Shown here: in pieces, positions 60,091-64,000 of the stretch
Numbering within the stretch: position 1 is the first letter of the stretch
Layout of the letters: every line of letters starts with the position of its first letter
From: Spirochaetota bacterium
GTDB lineage: Bacteria; Spirochaetota; UBA4802; UBA5550
Direction: 5' to 3'
NCBI GenBank assembly: GCA_050298055.1
Contig: JBNKTL010000002.1
Coordinates: 115,940-179,939, forward strand
Length of the DNA: 64,000 nt
The notes under the pieces: generated by a model
The model's database searches: none
Seen by the model: the letters and a program-made list of their open reading frames with translations, nothing else
Told to the model about the DNA's origin: nothing
Translations under genes and position numbers: made by a program

Positions 60091-60228
60091 TTGTAACTAA
60101 TCAGCTGTATGGTTAAAATGAATGTATTGACTAAAATATCAGGAATCTGTCCCCGGGCAGCGGGGTTAGAGCAGTTTTAGTTTTCAATGGATATAATGAT
60201 TTTTAATACTAAGCTTGAATAGTTACAA
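60091..60228 (+). repeat. Full-length dispersed TIR/hairpin element copy
   Basis: TTGTAACTA (60091-60099) / TAGTTACAA (60220-60228) ends; internal TCTGTCCCCG-GGCAG-CGGGGTTAGA hairpin. Confidence 0.75.
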
Positions 60229-60288
60229 TTGTTTCATTAATACTGGATTAAAAAAAAAGATCTATCAATAATTAAAGGAGGCTTTTAT

Positions 60289-61737
60289 ATGAAAGCTAAA
60301 CTTCAGATAGCAGTTGTTTTAATAATTGCTGTCATGGTATCTTTTGCCTGCGAAAAGAAGTCAGCTCCTAAAATCAAAGTGATCGAGGATCACAAGGAGA
60401 TTAAGGGACCATTCAAAACACCGCAGGATGTAACGAAGAAGTGCCTTGAGTGTCATGATGATGTGGGTGCGCACATCCTTAAGACACAGCACTGGAACTG
60501 GAAAAGTTCTCAGGCAGTAAAGAATGGCAAGAAAATCGGCAAGGTAAACGTATTTAACAATTTCTGTATTGCAATAACGGACAACTGGCCAAGATGTACA
60601 AGCTGCCATATCGGTTACGGATGGAAAGATGAGAAGTTCGACTTTACAAAAGTGGAAAACATCGACTGTCTTGTATGCCACGACTCAACCGGGACCTACA
60701 AAAAATTCCCGGCAGGTGCGGGTATGCCTGTTTCCCTTAAAGACAAACAGAAGGTATTTCCGGGCAACGGCAAGACTTACATGGCCCCCGACTATGACAA
60801 GATAGCCAAGCTTGTTGCGGTCCCCTCACGGAAAAACTGCGGCGCATGCCATTTCTTCGGCGGCGGGGGAAATAATGTGAAGCATGGCGATCTCGAGGTA
60901 AGTCTTGTAAAGCCGTCAAAGGATGTTGATGTTCACATGGGCGGAAAAAACTTCGCATGTACAAAGTGCCACAAATCAACCGATCACAAGATCAACGGCG
61001 CAATGCACGCGTCAATGGCCCAGGGGATAAAACATTTTCAGTGCACTGATTGTCACAAGGGAGAGCTCCACAAGAAGCACAAGCAGATGAAGAAGCTCAA
61101 CAAGCATCTCGCCACTGTTGCATGCCAGACATGTCATATTCCCGAGTTTGCCAAAGTTAACCCCACAAAGATGTGGTGGGACTGGTCACATGCGGGAGAC
61201 CCGAAATTCAAAACTCCAAACGACAAGTATGGCAAGCATACATGGGTGAAGAAGAAAGGGACCTTCAAGTGGGAAAAGAACGTGAAGCCTGAATACACCT
61301 GGTATAACGGGAAGGAGAATGTCACAATTCATGGTGATAAAGTCACTAACACCAAAAAGTTTAATCTCAATCCCCAGAAAGGAAACATCAGGGACAAAAA
61401 CTCAAAGATCATGCCTTTTAAGGTCATGAGAGGCAAGCAGGCATACGATACAAAAACAAAAATGCTCCTTGTACCCCACCTTTTTGGAAAGGGCGGATAC
61501 TGGAAGACCTTCGACTGGAACAAGTCATTTGCTGCCGGTATGAAAAAAGCAGGTCTTCCCTACTCAGGGAAATTCGACTGGGTTGAAACCGAAATGTACT
61601 GGCCTATCAACCACATGGTGTCACCAAAGGGGAAGGCCCTCAAGTGCGAAGACTGTCACAGCGAGAAAGGAAGGCTTGACTGGAAGAAACTTGGTTACAA
61701 GGGAGATCCGAGAAAAGTCGGCGGAAGAAAGTTATAA
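60289..61737 (+). CDS. Octaheme c-type cytochrome, tetrathionate reductase (OTR) family, lipoprotein
   Basis: Eight CxxCH motifs (CLECH, CTSCH, CLVCH, CGACH, CTKCH, CTDCH, CQTCH, CEDCH); OTR-like GKxNxxNNFC, CHIGYGW, GGGNNVKHGD, PTKMWWDWS; lipobox SFAC; AAGGAGG SD. Confidence 0.92.
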   Translation: MKAKLQIAVVLIIAVMVSFACEKKSAPKIKVIEDHKEIKGPFKTPQDVTKKCLECHDDVGAHILKTQHWNWKSSQAVKNGKKIGKVNVFNNFCIAITDNWPRCTSCHIGYGWKDEKFDFTKVENIDCLVCHDSTGTYKKFPAGAGMPVSLKDKQKVFPGNGKTYMAPDYDKIAKLVAVPSRKNCGACHFFGGGGNNVKHGDLEVSLVKPSKDVDVHMGGKNFACTKCHKSTDHKINGAMHASMAQGIKHFQCTDCHKGELHKKHKQMKKLNKHLATVACQTCHIPEFAKVNPTKMWWDWSHAGDPKFKTPNDKYGKHTWVKKKGTFKWEKNVKPEYTWYNGKENVTIHGDKVTNTKKFNLNPQKGNIRDKNSKIMPFKVMRGKQAYDTKTKMLLVPHLFGKGGYWKTFDWNKSFAAGMKKAGLPYSGKFDWVETEMYWPINHMVSPKGKALKCEDCHSEKGRLDWKKLGYKGDPRKVGGRKL

Positions 61738-61801
61738 GGGGATCTTTAATTAAAATAAGAAACCTTTAATTAAGAAATAAAAAATTCAATTTATACATAT
61801 G

Positions 61802-61832
61802 CGGGGATTCTGTTGCAGAGTCCCCGTTTTTT
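61802..61832 (+). terminator. Intrinsic terminator after the octaheme cytochrome gene
   Basis: CGGGGATTCTG-TTG-CAGAGTCCCCG followed by T6. Confidence 0.85.
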
Positions 61833-61880
61833 ATTATTCGGCTCGAAAAGATTTTTATTATAAAATCTCATAGGCGTTAT

Positions 61881-63257
61881 TTACCTTACTCGATCACGCT
61901 GGTATATTGATTTTTCAAAGAGACCAAAACTCAATCCGAATTTTCCCTCAAACTCCCTGAGAATAATATCATGAAATCCAAACTCTATCCTGAACCTGTC
62001 AACATAAGGAAGGAGGAGATGTATCCCTGCAAAATAGCTGTGATAGCTCCTCCCCTCTTTAAAGTTATCCTCTTCCATCCAGAGAAGCGCGTAATCGGTT
62101 CCCAGGACAAATTGAAAACCGTAATGAAAATGCAGTCCGAAAAGCGCCAGGGGCCTTCTCTCAAAAAGCTGGAACCTGTATTCAATTGTTCCGAGAATTT
62201 CATGCTGACCAAAATATTCAGACACCGGGTCATAGGTCCTCAGGGTATTGGCACCGCCTACATGATAGAAATCATAAGCCCCCATTCGCCCGGGTCTGTA
62301 CTGACCCAGGAGCGACAGGACAAAGATATTTCTCTCACCTGCGGGAAGAAATCCCCTGAAATCAAAAAGATATTCCCAATAATCGGCAGGTCCTCCCAGG
62401 GCTCCTCCATATTTTGAGACCAGCGCCTCCTGGTAGAAACCCCTGTGAGGGTTGAGAATCCTCTCCCTCCTGTCAAAACTGAAACCTATCCCGAGTTTGG
62501 GAACAAAGTCTCTTCCCCCGGAAGAGAGAAACATCGGTTCGCTGACTCTCCTGTCACCACCGGTAAATATCTCATTCTCATGGTCATGCTTGACGGTAAA
62601 TGTCTCCCCGCTTACAACCAGGTTGAAGATGTTCTGAATATCCATGAAGAGATCAAGCCTGCTGTTAAGTGAATTTTCATTATATTCCTTAAGCGGGTTG
62701 TAAGAATCATTCTGTATCATCAAAAGATTATACCGGACCGGAAGAGATCCAATCCAGGGAGAGCTGGCAAGAAACTGGTACTCTGTAGCTGCAAAAGCAT
62801 GGGGCAGGAGAGTTGTTCTAACATAGCTGTCAATTCTCGTATCTGTACCGAACAGGTTGAAGACTGCAAACCCGGGACCGAACATCCATCCAAGCTGATC
62901 GGTCTTTTTCATGGCAGGGAAAATGAGAAAACCGGGAAGTTCAACAAACCTGTAGGTCAGGAGAACAGAATCTTCCCGCTCCGATATTTCCAGGGACACC
63001 TTTGCAAAAAGATCGAGGTCTTCCAGCCTGGCCTTCTCCTGAAACCATGCATCGCAGGAAAAAACAGTGTTCTCACTGTTAAGAAGTTCCCTCTTAATGA
63101 CAAAGTTGCGTGTCCTTCCGAGCCCCAGAAAGTCTATCTTTTCAATCCTCTTTCTATATTTTTCCGAACAGGGATTTTGTACATCTGCATTCTCCCCGGC
63201 ACGAGAAACCGAAATCCCGGCAGAGAGGCAGAGTATGGCTGTTAGCAAATATTTCAT
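61881..63257 (-). CDS. Omp85 (BamA/TamA) family protein with a single POTRA domain
   Basis: POTRA GLGRTRNFVIKREL...RLEDLDLFAKV; NLFGT; NPHRG; VGGANTLRTY (VRGY-like loop); EYRF. Confidence 0.8.
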   Translation of the reverse strand: MKYLLTAILCLSAGISVSRAGENADVQNPCSEKYRKRIEKIDFLGLGRTRNFVIKRELLNSENTVFSCDAWFQEKARLEDLDLFAKVSLEISEREDSVLLTYRFVELPGFLIFPAMKKTDQLGWMFGPGFAVFNLFGTDTRIDSYVRTTLLPHAFAATEYQFLASSPWIGSLPVRYNLLMIQNDSYNPLKEYNENSLNSRLDLFMDIQNIFNLVVSGETFTVKHDHENEIFTGGDRRVSEPMFLSSGGRDFVPKLGIGFSFDRRERILNPHRGFYQEALVSKYGGALGGPADYWEYLFDFRGFLPAGERNIFVLSLLGQYRPGRMGAYDFYHVGGANTLRTYDPVSEYFGQHEILGTIEYRFQLFERRPLALFGLHFHYGFQFVLGTDYALLWMEEDNFKEGRSYHSYFAGIHLLLPYVDRFRIEFGFHDIILREFEGKFGLSFGLFEKSIYQRDRVR

Positions 63258-63325
63258 ACCGATACTGTTTTCACAAGGTGATGTCCGGGGAATGGTTTAT
63301 GTCAATAATAAAAGCAGTTAAAACA

Positions 63326-63790
63326 TTAGAGATATGTCACAGCACCCGCATATCTTTTTTGCCAGTACCTCTTGCTCATGTCAGCGAAGGATATTCGCTT
63401 GCCTGTTCTCGGAGCGTGGATGAACATCCTGTTACCCATATAAAGCCCTACATGGGATATTCTCCTCCCATTAATATTAAAGAAAACCAGGTCACCGGGC
63501 CTTGCCCTTTTCAGGCTTATCCTCCTTCCCCAATGATACTGTTTGACAAGAGACCTCGGCATTTGGATACCGTTTCTCCTGTAGACATACATAACATATC
63601 CGGAGCAGTCGAACCCCCCGGGGGTCGTACCTCCATACCGGTATTTGACGCCTAAATATCTTTTTGCGGTCCTGACGATCTCTTTCCGGTCTCCCCGGTA
63701 GCACCTGCCGGCCCTCCTGTACTTTGCAGGAGGCGTGCAGGATATCATAAAGATTGCCAGGGATAATACGATTAGACTTATCTTTCTCAT
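63326..63790 (-). CDS. NlpC/P60 (C40) peptidoglycan peptidase lipoprotein
   Basis: Lipobox MISC; YRYGGTTPGGFDCSG, GDLVFF, SHVGLY, FIHAP. Confidence 0.95.
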   Translation of the reverse strand: MRKISLIVLSLAIFMISCTPPAKYRRAGRCYRGDRKEIVRTAKRYLGVKYRYGGTTPGGFDCSGYVMYVYRRNGIQMPRSLVKQYHWGRRISLKRARPGDLVFFNINGRRISHVGLYMGNRMFIHAPRTGKRISFADMSKRYWQKRYAGAVTYL

Positions 63791-63849
63791 ATCTTATTCT
63801 CTCCCCTTCCATTATCGGATATGCGGGAGTGTAAATTTAAATTAAAGAT

Positions 63850-63925
63850 CACGAAAGAAGACCCCCCTAACCCCCTGAGGGGGCACAAGAGTTTGTGTTT
63901 GAATATCTTACGCCCCCTCCGGGGG
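63850..63925 (+). repeat. C/G-run double-hairpin repeat, copy 2 (3' end interrupted)
   Basis: CACGAAAGAAGACCCCCCTAACCCCCTGAGGGGGCA...ATATCTTACGCCCCCTCCGGGGG. Confidence 0.8.
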
Positions 63926-63974
63926 TGTATAGACCGGGTAGATGGGTAACAGTTGTTCGGACACATAGGTAACA
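63926..63974. mobile_element. Probable IS481-family terminal repeat (the element would extend beyond the window)
   Basis: Starts with TGT; contains two tandem units GACCGGGTAGATGGGTAACA and GTTCGGACACATAGGTAACA, the end architecture recalled for IS481-family elements; no transposase in the window. Confidence 0.65.
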
Positions 63975-64000
63975 TATATATTTGGTATATTTGGTATATC

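Noticed and set aside
21961..60228. Dispersed repeats considered as CRISPR repeats
   Set aside because: Copies are kilobases apart with no repeat-spacer periodicity, and there are no cas genes.
63787..63975. 62-aa minus-strand ORF
   Set aside because: It reads through the IS-like end and the repeat; not a credible gene.

Overview
A 64 kb bacterial chromosomal segment, mostly housekeeping genes, with most on the minus strand. Gene order and protein styles (cheW-cheA-cheB-cheY-scpA-scpB-pheA-tyrA-cmk-rpsA; rnc-NUDIX-aroB; ribH-nusB-TPR-dgt; FecR/ECF, SpoIIE-type phosphatases) suggest a Leptospira-related Spirochaetota organism; this is an inference, as no search was run. Other content: thrS-infC-rpmI-rplT with tRNA-Val(GAC), zapA, an MCP, VKOR-DsbA, Tat-exported MsrB, xth, rlmN, opp and liv ABC transporters, an octaheme cytochrome c, an Omp85 protein and an NlpC/P60 protein. 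No CRISPR array, rRNA or prophage is visible. The most interesting signals are non-coding or architectural: (1) about 7 dispersed intergenic elements with GTAACTACTCAGCT-type terminal inverted repeats and an internal hairpin that covaries between copies; (2) a second C/G-run repeat, one copy of which is interrupted by an IS481-like end; (3) two perfect DnaA boxes upstream of a phosphatase-rlmN gene pair; (4) an AUU-initiated two-codon uORF overlapping the infC ATG; (5) a CheA-CheC fusion; (6) an ECF sigma paired with a FecR plus beta-propeller protein; (7) a tRNA with C33; (8) a vapB relic with an intact promoter/operator. All calls come from reading the sequence by eye.
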